A DNA stretch of 64,000 bases, from the NCBI GenBank assembly GCA_946965045.2, contig OX337237.1:2790001-2854000 (forward strand), read 5' to 3'. Below are positions 22,449 through 35,476 of this stretch, one piece after another. This stretch comes from Epithemia pelagica. Taxonomy: Eukaryota; Protista; Bacillariophyta. Below the pieces are notes generated by a model. The model worked only from the letters and a program-made list of their open reading frames with translations. It searched no databases and had not been told where the DNA came from. Position numbers and translations under genes: made by a program. Position 1 is the stretch's first letter; every line of letters starts with the position of its first letter.

Positions 22449-25400
22449 TCAAAGGTTCGTGTTGAGACTTGCTCAAAAGAGCGCTGCCAACGGGCACAGT
22501 AAACACAAAATCTGCCACTTTGCCCAATTTCTTTCGCCAACGGTTGGTCATCAGAGCAGGGCAAGCAAACACGTGTCCGGTTCGGGTTCTGATGTGCCGA
22601 GCTTCACACAATTGATTGACGGCTACATCCGCAATAGCGGGAGCTGGCAGCCATATGAAATGATCGTCCTCGAAAGCTCGATCAAACCAATCCTTGGTAT
22701 TGAGTTGCTTCCACGAAAGAAAAGGTGTGCAGCTTTTTAGCCAGTCTGTCAACCCACTTTGGCGCTCTTCTGCGGTCTTGTTGAGAGGGACAAACAGCAA
22801 CATGTCCCCTCCGGCCATAACTCCTGTCATCAAATCACCTCGGGACAGACCATCTGTCCCTTGCTCAATCATTCGTGTTCCAGCCACCCAGATCACTCGA
22901 ACAAAAACTTTACCCAACATGTCAAGTCGCTTCGTTCGCAAGACCAGTTCGTACAAGAGCGGCGTTGAAGATGTTCCTCTGAAGAAGGCGGATTCAGCGG
23001 TCGAGTTGTCGGTGAACATAAAAATTTCAGCTCCTTTTGGTATGGTACGTCCTTCACAAGCGCCTCTAGCCTGAGAACCAGGTTGTACAGTTCCCTATGA
23101 TTTGAGGACCTCCCTCCGTATGCCCGAGTCCAAAGTCCGTGTTCGGTTTCTACAGTTGGAGAACCATAGATCCAAAGCGAGATCCAAAACCTTCGCCAGA
23201 TGCATCTCCAAAAATGATTGCCACCTTCGCTCCTTTTCTTGGACGAGCGAGAATCTTTGGCGGTATCTCATCCTTAGTCAATTCACTCAAGGCCGCCACA
23301 TCGCTCGCAAATCGTGGAGCCGGTGATACTTCCTTCGGTGGAGCCTCTTGGTTAGATACTTCGCTCACTTTTTGCTTTCTCCGATCTTTCTCTGGGAGTC
23401 GCCAACCTTCAGCATCTCTATCGGATCGCCAAGTTTCTAAGGTCAAGTGTATCCCTTTAAGGTAAGGGACCATTGTGTCGAAAGTCAACGAAACGTACAC
23501 CAAGAAACCTCTAACTCGCTCCAATTCTTTTCTATTGATCTTGCCGCCTGTCGCTGCCCATCCCTTGAGCGTGTTGATGTGCGCCCTGGTCTTGTCCCAC
23601 CGTTCTTGTGATACTGTCTTATATACGTCGCCATTTTCGTCAGTTCCTACCACTACTCCAGCCCATGCACCAGGAGTCTTGCTGGGAGGTCTGCGTTTTC
23701 TGGCTTCATCCTTCAATCCAAAATAGGCAACTCCCTTGGCCATCTTACTTGCGGCCGCCCAAGCCTCCTCCTCTGTCGGTGCCGTCTCCCTCAAATCATC
23801 TACATAGGGATGAACATCCGCCGCAATTTCACCATTGTCTCGAATTTTGCTGATCCAAGGTACACTTGGATCATAATCGGCGTCTCCTGGTAAGTTCAAG
23901 CGGACGTCCACCCAACCAAACACGTTGCTTGGGTCTAACCTGTCACCAAATGTAATTCTCTTTACTCTTTGCGCATTCTGAGTGGCTTGATAGGGTGATG
24001 TGGTTAATCCCATGGCACATCGCGTCCATGCCTCCCACAGTCTCGTTCTTCCAAATCGGTTCTTTAACTCTTCTGGAAACAAGTCTGTGATATCTATGCC
24101 CGTGTAGTGTCTCAAGTCTGGATGTAACCAGAAATTAAGAAACATTTTGCCGAAATCATTGTCGGCTGACCACGTTCGCGACTCTACAGTCCGTAACATG
24201 GAATTTACATTTCCAAGGCCAAACCACGGAGCGAACAAGGACGCATTCAATCCGCTTTTGGTTCCATCATATACCATACGGATGTCTTCCTCACCTTTTG
24301 GTACCGAGAAAAAACTCGTAGGTGATTTGATCCCATCCGTTGGTGCAATGTATCCCCGCGTCCTAACCTTGGTGAGCTTTTTTTTCTCGAAAGCTCGTTG
24401 CTTCTCGTCTGGATTAGCCTGCTGTCTCCGTCGGTACGAAGGTGGCTTTCCAATCCACATCGGCTCTATGCCATCACGCATCTCGCGGAGCCATTGGGCA
24501 TCGGGCATCCTCCAAAAGAGTGGTGAGGATCCTTTGTCCCAATCCCACCATGATGCCTGAGAAGCGTGGATCAAAGCACTCAGACCCGCCTTGAGAGTTT
24601 GCTCTCTTGAATCATCATCGTCTCGAAATCATTGAGATCGAAACCACAACCAAAACTCTGAGCAAACCAAACGCTTCCAATATCTCAGAGCTCCTTGCCG
24701 GATGATCTCGAGGGCTTTGATACACTTTGCCTGTTTCTTCACATCTTGAATCTGCAACTTGCTGCAGATGCGATCGTCCCACAGGTAAGTAGGGATTTCT
24801 GCGTCATCCGATTTCGTTGCCTTCAAATTTCTATCCTCACGTCTCTCCTCAACATTCAATGAACCAACTCCTTCTTCGCTGTCAGGTGCGGCATACAAAG
24901 CATCTGCATCCGTCATTCGCAATCCTTCGGAGTCCAATTCATCCCGTTGAGAACTTTCGTTCCGATCCAACGTCCCATCCGCCTGATTTCCATCTACCTG
25001 TTCATCTTGTTCGTGATCACCACTCATCCATTCTCGCAAAGCTAGGGCAATCTGAACCCTCGCCTTGAATGGCACCACCAATTCATCAATCCAACAATTC
25101 AACTCTCGTTGTGAAGCCCTTTTGTGCAATTCTGCGGGAAAATCAAGGGCTATGGCCAGTTCTTGAGGAGCGAAAGGACGTCGAACATATGAGGTCGTTG
25201 CAAAAACACTTGGCATCGTATGAACCCGATGTCTGTCCTTTTTCCAATTCATTTTCCGATCCATCACGTTCACGCCTTCCTTAGTGGGATCATAGTCCCT
25301 CGACGCTGAGCATTCGCTCCCATTGATGGTTGGATCGACCACTCCGCTCATTGTTGTCCTTTCCAATCCTGGCTCGACAAAGTCCCTCCAACAATCTGCA

Positions 25401-26083
25401 AAACGACATGAACCTTCCTTTCCCACCACGCGCTCGGCCAAATGAATCAAACATTCCTGGGTGGTGACTCCGCCCAGCTCATCGTGCCGGAGACGAATTA
25501 GCGTCGTGTTCCACCCCGAACCTTCATCACCATTGTACGGTCCTGCTCCTTTCCGTACACCGATCCAACAAACCACTCGAACCGACTTCATCGTCCACAC
25601 CGGATGACTAGGCCCGGGTGCTAATCCCCCATCGAAGAAGACAATATCCACTTCCGGACGGTTGTCCCAAGATTGTGGAATTTTGAACATGATTCTCCTC
25701 TTCTTGGCTCCTCTGTTCTTGGTCAGTTTATCTTCCCGTGGTATCGCTAGCTTCGCCCAACTAGTTGATCCCGTCTCTCCGCTCGCTTCTTTCCCCTCTG
25801 GAGTGTCAATCCATCTTACTTCTCCCAACGATGACACTGCCCAAAACCAGAATGGGGTCCCACCACTCATCAGTCCGATCTTACAATCTCCCCTGCCTAC
25901 TTTCAATCGCGAAATCTTTCGCTCCTCCACACCTGCAGGCGAGTGGCAAATCGACTGACTTTCTACATAACAATTAAACTTTGTCGAGTTGAAACATCGC
26001 TCAACATCGCCATCTTCTCTTTTTCTCGCTTCTTCTTCCTTCATCTCCTCTGACCTCCTTTTTCGTCCTTTCTTGAGACTCAC
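22282..26083 (-). pseudogene. pol of YR retroelement 2 (RT, RNase H)
   Basis: FFSVPKGEEDIRMVYDGT, DNDFGKMFLNF, MGLTTSPY, YVDD, GDASG, SSNHRE (shifted frame), FTDNS, GTDGLSRG. In-frame TGA at 24629; two apparent 1-nt deletions near 23180 and 23050. Confidence 0.9.
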
Positions 26084-26095
26084 AATTTCTTCATA

Positions 26096-28477
26096 TCATG
26101 CTTTCTTTCCGGCACCTTTGTTCGCAGACGCCACAGCGGAATTGACAGACCGCTGCAACTTCTCAGTCTTGTCCTCCAAACCTGATTTGAGAGCCGCAAA
26201 CTTCGACCTCGGAGTGGCGAAACGAATCAAATGTTCGTGCAAGATTAACGCTATCTTTGGATGCCCGCTAAAGTCCGCTTGCCGGTATTCCTTCATGGTC
26301 TCATGCGCGCGTAACGTTCCCCACAACATTCCTGCTGGGGTATTCGTTGCACGGCCCGGAGCTCGGGCTTCTCGCAAGCTTCAAAAGGTCGCTCGCACGC
26401 AATGCGAGATCAAGATCCATACCTCCTGGGAACTTGCCTCGCTCTCCGCCTGGACTTGCTGGTGATAACGCACGATCCAATGGCAGAGATTGCCCCAAAA
26501 CGTCTTGCTCTGCAACAACAATTCATGTGCCACACTCGCCGGCTCAGTCCCGAAAGCAAACAGGTCGCTGATTGCCTGTTCCAATGTTCGGCGCCCGTCC
26601 TTGACATGATCCAAGATGCGTTGGTGGATCCCTTCTCTGCCCGAGGGAGGATGGAAATCTTCAAACTTGGGTGCGCCACCCAATGCTCGAGAATTCGTTG
26701 TTTGCGACTGGTCCGATCCTTTACCCAACAACGGCGGCACTTCAAGGTTGAAAGAAGCGATATAAGCCGTGTGGTAGGGGGTTTTGTCTCGCACTTTGGC
26801 CGTGGTCGCTCGCAAATTGGCGGCACGTTCCTCGTCAAGACTCACATCGGATGTCGCCAACGAGAGTAAAGAAACAGCATCCACAAACACATGCGGATCA
26901 GCATTGACGTCGTGACGCGACATCCATGCAACGCAAAAGCTCCTCGTCGGGAAAACAATCGATCCAACAACAATTGCCTCTGTCTCGGCCTGTTCTTGAA
27001 GGTCCTTCAATTCAGTTCGCAACTCCTTGATCTCTTCCTTCATACGAGTAAACTCCTCTTGAATCCATGTCTGGTCCACACTCGTTGTCGATGCAGTACT
27101 CCTTGCGCCAGTAAAACTAACTGTGGCAGAGCCGCTGCTACCAGAGCGACCAGTTGTATTCCAACCAAACGAACCACCACTGCCACCTGTTTGACCTGTC
27201 GACCCATGGCTCTTGGCTTGTTCCAACGTTTCCATTCTCGCCGCCAAGTCGGCCAACATCGCCGCCCATTTTCCACCTGGGTCACTGTTGTGACTTGAGA
27301 AACGCGACAATAACGAGAGTGTCGGATCGACAAACTGCTTTCTGAAATCGCTGCTGTCTCCAAAGAACTTGACCAGACCCTCTTGCACCACTTGCTTCGC
27401 AGCAGCCAATGCTTGCTCAACCTTGACATCCACAGCGTTCAATCGTCCCAACACTTCTCTATCCACCTTGTTTTCCATCCGTTTCGACACAATGTCCTGC
27501 AATTCTCGAACCGTCGTCATGCAGTGAGTCAATACCTCAAATGCCGACTGAGTTCCAAACTCAGATGAGCGTTCACCCAACAATGCATGAATAACCGAGA
27601 GCTTGACGTGGATCTGCTCGATATCATCATCCCATGATGCTTCGATCTGATCTCTCTCACGGCCCTCTTTCTCGTGTTCCACCCGTAACGTGTTCACGTT
27701 CGAAACCAGGTTGCTCCAAGCTCCTCCTTGCAGAACTTTAACAGTTGGAGTCGCTTGTTGATTCCCAATATCTTCTGGGACATCCTTCCATGGAACCCCT
27801 GGTCGTCGCTTAATGGGTGTCTCCACTGCTCCGGCCTTAACATCTAGATCCTCCTCGTCGTCACTAGCAACCATTTCTACCATAGGCTCAAAAGCTTGCT
27901 TTGTCGAGCGCTTAGGGTTTGGCGTCATCGCCACGAACTTGACCTCTGCCTTGGTGTTTGCCATGACTTTTGTGACTGTAGAACGATCTACCTCATCACC
28001 CGACTCGGTCGCGGCATGCTTGAGGGACGCAAACGAGGCCTGCCAGCTCTCTAGGGATCGAGGGCTCAATTCCATTTCGTTCCAATCAATAGAACGAATG
28101 CAATGACCCGGGAGAACAGGTTGACAGAAGACAGAATCCGAAGCGTCGGAACCACTAGCCCCCCGAATAAAAATGCCCGAAAGGTCATCTCCAACCAACT
28201 TGGACCAATCATGCTTCTTGGCGGCATGCGAAGTCACCGAACACCCAACCCGAACACATACCCGCTGCCCTGCACCGATTATGCCCCGACAAGACGCCTC
28301 AAAGGTATCTTGCTCGAGAAGAACAACACCGAAGAGAGAACCCGAACGAAGGGTCCCCCCCCCCCCGGTCACAGAAACAGCAGACTCACCTGACGACCCC
28401 ACAGAGGGCGAAGAATCCGGAGTACTTCCCCACTCAAACTTCATGACAAACGATGACAAGGATGAGGTGGATGGCAC
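26096..28477 (-). pseudogene. Gag-like ORF1 of element 2 with an in-frame TGA at 26381-26383
   Basis: C-x10-C-x4-C-x4-H near the N-terminus, coiled coils, and a C-terminus homologous to ORF1 of element 1. Confidence 0.7.
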
Positions 28478-28818
28478 GGTCGAACAGGGAGAACCGAAGC
28501 GAAAGAAGAATGTAAAGAACCGAACGGGTGATCAAATCCAACGGTGACCTTCACAAGTCTTCTTTCCAACAATTTATGATTGTTGAAACTTTGTTGGGTC
28601 AGTCATACAATGACTGCCCCAACACAACTCAATTCTTCTTGGGAACTCTTTGGGAGCGATTGCTTGATCATCGTTCGTCCGTCGGTCCCTTCTTGACCGA
28701 GGCGGTACGATGCGGCTCGTCCTCCAAAAACGGCGATTTCCCGATGATGATACAAAACCATTTTCACCTCCACAGTTCCACCGCGGACCCAAACGAGTGA
28801 GATCCACTGTATCAGCAA

Positions 28819-29643
28819 TTGACGTCTTCACACCGTATCCTTTTGCACATTCGTTCTATATATAGTGACAAAGGCCCTCGGCTATTGAAGTCCCACCGGA
28901 ACCTCTCTGTTGTGTCTATCGAACTGCCCCACTACAGCACCATTTCCACCACCAGGAATGGAAGCAAAGAAACACTTACTAATCCACCCGACAACCGTAT
29001 TTCACTCTACCAACCTTCTTCTCGTTCACCCACCACTCCCTCTTTCCAATTACCGCTTCTAGAACGGGCCATCCTCCTCTCATTTCTCGACTGGCATGGG
29101 AAAACCACCAGACCATTGCAGTTAAATGCCTGTGGCGAAGTTATCCAACGTCACACAATCCAAGATGACGCGGCTCCTATCCTCCGTCCCCTTATTTTGA
29201 TGATTCACAGTCCCTTTCCAACAGAACGCATGTTGTACCTTACCTATTTGACGGCTCCTGTCCACTCAGGCTCTGTGGCAACTGGAGGAGTGGACGATAT
29301 GGTCTCCTCGGCAGGCAACACAGACGATGGCATGGAGGACGACTATGCGCAATTGCGAGTCCGCATCAACCAAAAACCAGCCATTCTCATTGAGGCGTGG
29401 CACACTGCCGGAACACCCAACCAGGAATTGGCCCGCACCACCGCTGTGGGCATGTTGCCGCCTGGAACCTCTACGGTGCAATTGGACCCCGTCCTTCATC
29501 ACGACCACCAACGAACGAGACCATTTCAATTGTTGGGATGGAGTTTGTTGCCGGAAACAGTGGAAGGTTGCTTATCACTCGAATACTCACTCGAAGAAAG
29601 TCGAGTTCCGGTGGAAGATTACTGGAATTGGTTTTCAAAGTGA
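28819..29643 (+). CDS. Hypothetical protein, unassigned
   Basis: 274-codon ORF whose C-terminal half has globular-looking composition; no recognised motif. Confidence 0.3.
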   Translation: MTSSHRILLHIRSIYSDKGPRLLKSHRNLSVVSIELPHYSTISTTRNGSKETLTNPPDNRISLYQPSSRSPTTPSFQLPLLERAILLSFLDWHGKTTRPLQLNACGEVIQRHTIQDDAAPILRPLILMIHSPFPTERMLYLTYLTAPVHSGSVATGGVDDMVSSAGNTDDGMEDDYAQLRVRINQKPAILIEAWHTAGTPNQELARTTAVGMLPPGTSTVQLDPVLHHDHQRTRPFQLLGWSLLPETVEGCLSLEYSLEESRVPVEDYWNWFSK

Positions 29644-30429
29644 TGAAAGCTTGTTGCTTGCCACGCTCCTGAGAACCAATATACATGCCGCCTGGACAAG
29701 AAAATGTTAGGAACGCAGCTTCCAGAAGGGTACCACCCTGCATTACGATCGTCTGCCCTTTCAGGCCGGCGCTTTGTTCTGAACCTTGCTACCCAACACA
29801 TGACAAGACTCCACGCCAAGTATTGCATTCCACAACATGTCTGTGGAAGAGTCTCGCAATCTTTTGGGTTATCATTTTCCCATTTTTGTTCACTTGTTAA
29901 CATATAGCTCTACCTTTCATCTCTTGTGAGACTCGGATGCTCTCATTTCTTTGTTTTTGGATAAGAAACTACTCCTAGGAGGACAGGTAGGATGTAGGAG
30001 TACTAAGGAAGATAGGGTATATGCGAGCTACGCTCTCTTCTCGAAAACCACAAAAACGGCAAAACATTTGCTATGGGAGTGGGCAGTGGACCCAATCAGC
30101 TTTTGATTGCGTGCCAAACTCCACTTGGCCAAATGAATCGAGTCGATGCAGCAGATTGAAGGACATGGAGGAGACACCTCTGTTGCTTGCAGCAATCGGG
30201 TTTTCATGACAGTCAATGGTAAACGAACGTTGAGTGCCCCCATGAGAAGAAGGAGGAGGAAGATAGGCAAACTGAACTCGATTCGGGCCGGTTTGGGTAG
30301 ACTCGGACGGAATGGTGGAAAGGGAACTGGCCACACCACTGTCTAAAAACCCAGATGGTTCTGACTTTTCTTCATTCTGCTGGTTTTGGGAAGGTGGTTG
30401 CTTGTTTGCCAATGGTGTTTCATAACAAC

Positions 30430-30535
30430 GACGGGACGGTTGGGCAACGGGGATAGAAGAAGGGATTGGAAAGGCATTCGGGACGGGACGGTTGGGCAAC
30501 GGGGATAGAAGAAGGGATTGGAAAGGCATTCGGGG
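30430..30535 (+). repeat. ~50-bp tandem duplication (gacgggacggttgggcaacggggatag...gaaaggcattcggg) x2
   Basis: Two adjacent near-identical units visible directly. Confidence 0.8.
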
Positions 30536-31652
30536 CTTGCAATGAAGGAGGATTGCTATACAACGAAGAAGTGTCGTTGTGGTTTTTGGCGATACTGTTC
30601 TGGTCGTCTCGTTCAGTCGATCTCGAGGATATAGAGTCGTTTTGAGCGGCATATGCCTCTCTGGCTTGCTTCTGAGAGAGGCGGTGGCGTTTGTGGGAAC
30701 CAGTGGACATGTTATGGGTGTTATTGGAGCACCGCACCTCCACCTCCGTGATGAATGTGGGGAGAATATGGTGTAATTTGGAATTTTGTATCAACGTCGA
30801 GAGTTGCAGGACGAGCCATGGGGGTGAGCGTATACGAATGCGCATCGCGCATCGACTGATGTGCGACTCGCCCTGCTTGGGGGTAGAGAACGAGTATTGT
30901 TGTTTACTCGTACTCGTATACAACAAGAAGAAGAGACGAGAAAACGTGCCCAACCAATCTTCGAAATCCGCAGATGCCAGATGACAAAACCACACACATT
31001 ATTTTCGGAAATCCATCGAAAAAATCATGAAAAAATGTAAGGGAAGCACAGGAACACAACACAGCGGTATCTCTTGTGTTTCTATCAACCTCATGACGAT
31101 AACACTCTCACAGATAGCTTATCAGTGACATTGGAATGGACTGATCATGGCAAGTATGATCCATTTTCGCGTCATCATTCTTTTAGGCGTCGCACTCATG
31201 TCGAAAGTACAAGGGCTTCTCTCTCTGTGTCTAATGGAAACGGTACTTCAACACTACGAGAAGCAACGTCTCGTTTCTCTTTGCTTTCGCAGAGGCTCCA
31301 TGGTGCCTTCACGACGGACGAGATGGGACACATTTGGTTCCCTCGATGACGACACGGCTGACGAAAAGACGAATCCGTTTCCTCCATGCAAATTTCTTTC
31401 AAGTCCACCTACCGTTGAAGACGTTGCAGCGACACGAAAATTCTCCTAAACATGACATAGGTGCGGAGAAAAGAGGCCTCGAGAGCCTCTTGTTGGAGGG
31501 AAGCTCCGTATCGAGTAGACTTGTTGCACATGAAAGAGTTTACTAGGTAAAGATTGAGAATTCGTTAAAGCTATGAACAGAGAGCACCTTGATTCTACAT
31601 TGGAATGACAAGGAGCGAAGTACGACAAGTATCGAAATGAATGATCTTCTTC

Positions 31653-34600
31653 TTATGAACTCAAAAGGTCACCAAATCTTCCCAGCCCCTTGGTAGTTTG
31701 CCGCCCGTTCACTGTCACACTTGGTGTGAATGCACCAGTGTCTTGGTCAGATGCAGAAGTAACCGATCCATTACTGACGAGACTTGGTCCTAATGCTATC
31801 GGTGCCACAATTTGCCTCTTCTCCTCTTCTTCGCATTTCGCAATCATGGCAGCCACAACTTCTTGGCCACGATTTTCCCATTCCTCCCGATTCTTTTGGG
31901 CGTAACCCAAGTATTCGTCGCTGGATACACCAAAGACACCACAATCGCTCAACTTCTTGGCCAATGGAATAATGTAAAAGTCGAAGAAGCCCATTTCACC
32001 CTTGTACCAAAACTCGGAGGGGTCTTTCTCGGAGCGTCCTTGTTTGTAAGCAGTATACATTTCCATGAACAAGCGTTCGTTCCATTTTCGGAAAATGTGC
32101 CAATGCTGCATGGTATGGGCCACATCCGAAGCCTGGATTAAATGCTCAATGACAATGGTGGCCTTGCGGTTCGTGTTCACAGTGACTGACTCACCCAACC
32201 TACTACCTTCGGAAAAGGCCTTGTCCCAACGTTGGTTACGCAATTGCTTGAGATCCTTGTCCATGACATCCGTCGCCATCACTCCTGCAACCGACAAAAA
32301 GTAAAAAATGTGAGGGTATGCGTATACAAAGACCTTCCCTTTTGAAGATCACGTCAAAGACCGTACCATTGACAACGAGTTCACGGAACCGAGCCATTTC
32401 AGCCTTGGTGCTACAAATAACATTGCGGAGATCATCGAACTGGTCTTCCATCAAAAGATCCCAAGACAAGTCGACCGAGTTCTGTTCGGCCAAACTCTTT
32501 CCATTGTATTTGTTAACCAACGGCGACTCCTCCTTGACCAATTGAGCGTTCGGCACTCCTGGATGATCAACGTCATGGATCAATGCCGAAAAGACACAAG
32601 CAAATTGCGTCAAAGGATCGGACGTGATACCATACGTATGATCATGGAGAGTCGATTCCAGCGCACCCTTGGTTTCTTCAGCAGTTTGGATCACACGTTC
32701 GGAAGGAGCGACAATGCGGCTCATGAGCTTGACAACTGACATGGTTACATGAGAGGCGTGCTCGAAATTGTGAAACGCATTGTCTGGGTACATGCTGGCA
32801 ATTCGTGTGATGAATTCACGAAGATCGTTCATGATTCCTTCGCTGAACTCAATGGATTTCGCACTTCGCGTAGAATCTGCCAAGGCCGGATCAAAGTCAG
32901 GAAGCATAATGACTTCCTTGACCTCGTCCAAGACTGTACCTGTCTTTTCCAAACCGTGCCCACTGCGATTAAGGTCTGATAGAACGTGTTTGCTCTTACG
33001 TGAAGAGAGTTCTTCTCGTGCCTGGCGTCGAGAAACAACTTGTTTGAGTAGTTTGGCCATGATTTCAAGGTTCCAATCCACCAGTCGACGTGTCTTTTCA
33101 TCCATTGCTTCTGCAAGAAGTTCATCCCCAGTTCCGTGGCCCGACGATGAAGAAGGTCCTCGTACAATTGGTTCACACCAGTAAGTCTGGATCCTTCCTT
33201 TACCCTTGGCTTCTACTCCGCCCTCGCGTTTGGAAATCCAGTGTCCTTTTCCTGCTGCCTTCAGTAACTCAGTCGTAGACGGAGAAATATGGATCTTTGA
33301 TACACTGCCTGTGCTTTCCATACGCGCAGCCGTATTCACCGTATCACCAAACAACTGGAATCGAGAACGTTCTCCACGCAAAACGCCTGCGGTTACCGGA
33401 CCAGAGTTCAAGCCAATGCGAATTTCTAGATCTGCAGTATCCGGACCCAGGGTTCGTCCCAATTTCCCGACCAAAAGCGCTGTTTTTTCACGAATGTCAC
33501 GAGCAAACTTGGCCATGACGACGGCATGATCGGCTCGAGGTTCCGGAAGACCCGCGACAGCAACGTATGAATCGCCAATGGTCTCGACCTTGAAAACGCC
33601 TCGACGTGAAGCAATTTTATCGTAGGATCCGTAAAGCGTCTCAAGGAGTGTGAACACTTGGGCGGGCTCTCGGACAGAACTCCACGCTGTGAATCCACTG
33701 ATATCCGCAAACACTGGTTGAAATAAAAACAAATGTTAGAATATCGGGACGTCATCAGGGTCACAATGTGGCCCACTTACTAACGGTCGTGTCGGAAAAC
33801 AGTTCGGCAATGGGAGCGTTCTCACTTCTTTGAGCACCACCTCCCACCGCTTCCGCTTCGTCGTCGTTATGGAGAAACTGTTGCAAGCGAACTTTGGCGG
33901 TAGAGACATGTTCTTTGGCGGACTTGGGTTTTTGAGGCGCGGAAAACATGCGGTCACGAACCACTTGTGGAAACAGGTTGGACACGACTGCTGCAGATTG
34001 CTGCGCCACTTGCATGACCTTTTGCTGCCGCCGTTCGCTGACACAATCATAGACCAAGAAGAACACGGCCGTAAAAACAAAAATCGAGACGGCGACCACC
34101 GTGAAGATAATTGGGTCATTGGACTCGTGCTCATCCTTCATCTTATCAGATGGGTACAGGCGAATCCAATAGGGACAATAATCTTCATCAATAGGAAATC
34201 CTGTGTACTGACGTTCACGCAAGGCCTTACTTCCGAGCGTCGCCAAGTATGAGAATCGTTCATATTTGTTATACTCGGAATCGTGCAGATCTCCAGGTCC
34301 GAGGTAGCTGACATCAGGACCGTTGATCTCATACGTCAGCGTCTGCTTACAAGGACTTCCAATTACAGCAACGAGACCTTTGGTGCCGGGAGCGAGAAGA
34401 TTTTCAAAAATCTTGCGCCAGAAAATGGTGGTGGCAACCAGTCCTACAACTGGATGACTCTTCGGTTCCAGACTTGGTACGCTGACTGCGTCGGTGGCAC
34501 TTTGCACAATGGGGTAGTAGAAAGAGAAATACGGTTCAGAAGGGTCAATATCTTCGGTACCAACACGGTCGGCAATCCATTCTACGTCGCTTTCAAGGAT

Positions 34601-35476
34601 GGGTGGAAGGTTCACGGTTTTACCCATGATCACACTTCGACTTGCTTCTAGCGCCAAGACATCACTCGAGAAAAAGGTCATCAAATCCGATCCCCATGCT
34701 GTGTCAAGCAAACAAAAAGTTAGACAAAACCTGTCAGACAATCTCAGTATCTCCATGCTCTTCGTACACTGACACTTACCTCCCCATCGGGGCACTACCG
34801 GAGAAGCTTGCCATGTCGGATAATAGAAGGAACTATCCGGTGCAATGCCATCGTTGGTGTGGATATGAGGGTAGTCGAAATAGCTATCCAGATTGGTTCC
34901 TTTAAAGTTTGGACTGTCCTTTTGAATCGCCAAACTTTCATCGACCCATCCTTGATGTTCCTTTCCATAGGCTTCCCATTCCGCTCGATCTTGGTGCAGC
35001 ACTCGAGGGTAAATGCCAATTACGGATGCTCGAGAAAGCGTGAGGAGCTTTTGTGCCTTGACAGCAAAGTCAGGAAGTGTGACAAAGGGCCAGGATGTAT
35101 TGTCGTGCTCTTGAATGGATACCATCATCCCCATCAATGAGTCGCTGGCACCGAGCGACTGATCAAAGACGCTTCCAATCGCATCAAAGGCCTTGTCACT
35201 GCTGTCACGAAAATCGTCTTCAAAGGAGGACGTCTCGGTATTACTCACGTAAAAGTAGACTCCCACAGCCACACCAGCTGTGACTGCATTTAAAATAAAA
35301 AACACAACGAATCGAACCATACTCAAAGCCCTGGATTCCTCCTTGGCAATCGCCGGTTGGTTCGTGATATCGCCCATGTTTTCTTGCGTCATCTCGGCTG
35401 TACTGTCGAGGGCCAAACTGAACTCGTCATCTTCAAAGAGAGACTCGTCCTCCATTTCTTCAGCACTCATGTCCAT
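31653..35476 (-). CDS. Receptor-type adenylate/guanylate cyclase-phosphodiesterase fusion (TM - extracellular CHASE-like sensor - TM - class III cyclase - HD-type PDE); introns 34699-34779, 33714-33780, 32285-32366
   Basis: GT-AG introns join an open frame. Cyclase motifs MFADISGF, KVETIGD, RFQLFGDTVNTAARMES; PDE motifs FHNFEHASHV, HDVDH, ATD, IQASDV. Confidence 0.92.

Larger units (their letters stand above)
20500..28550 (-). mobile_element. Tyrosine-recombinase retrotransposon (DIRS/Ngaro-like), copy 2, decayed; ends approximate
   Basis: gag-pol-YR on the minus strand, a distant homologue of copy 1, oriented tail-to-tail with it. Confidence 0.85.
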
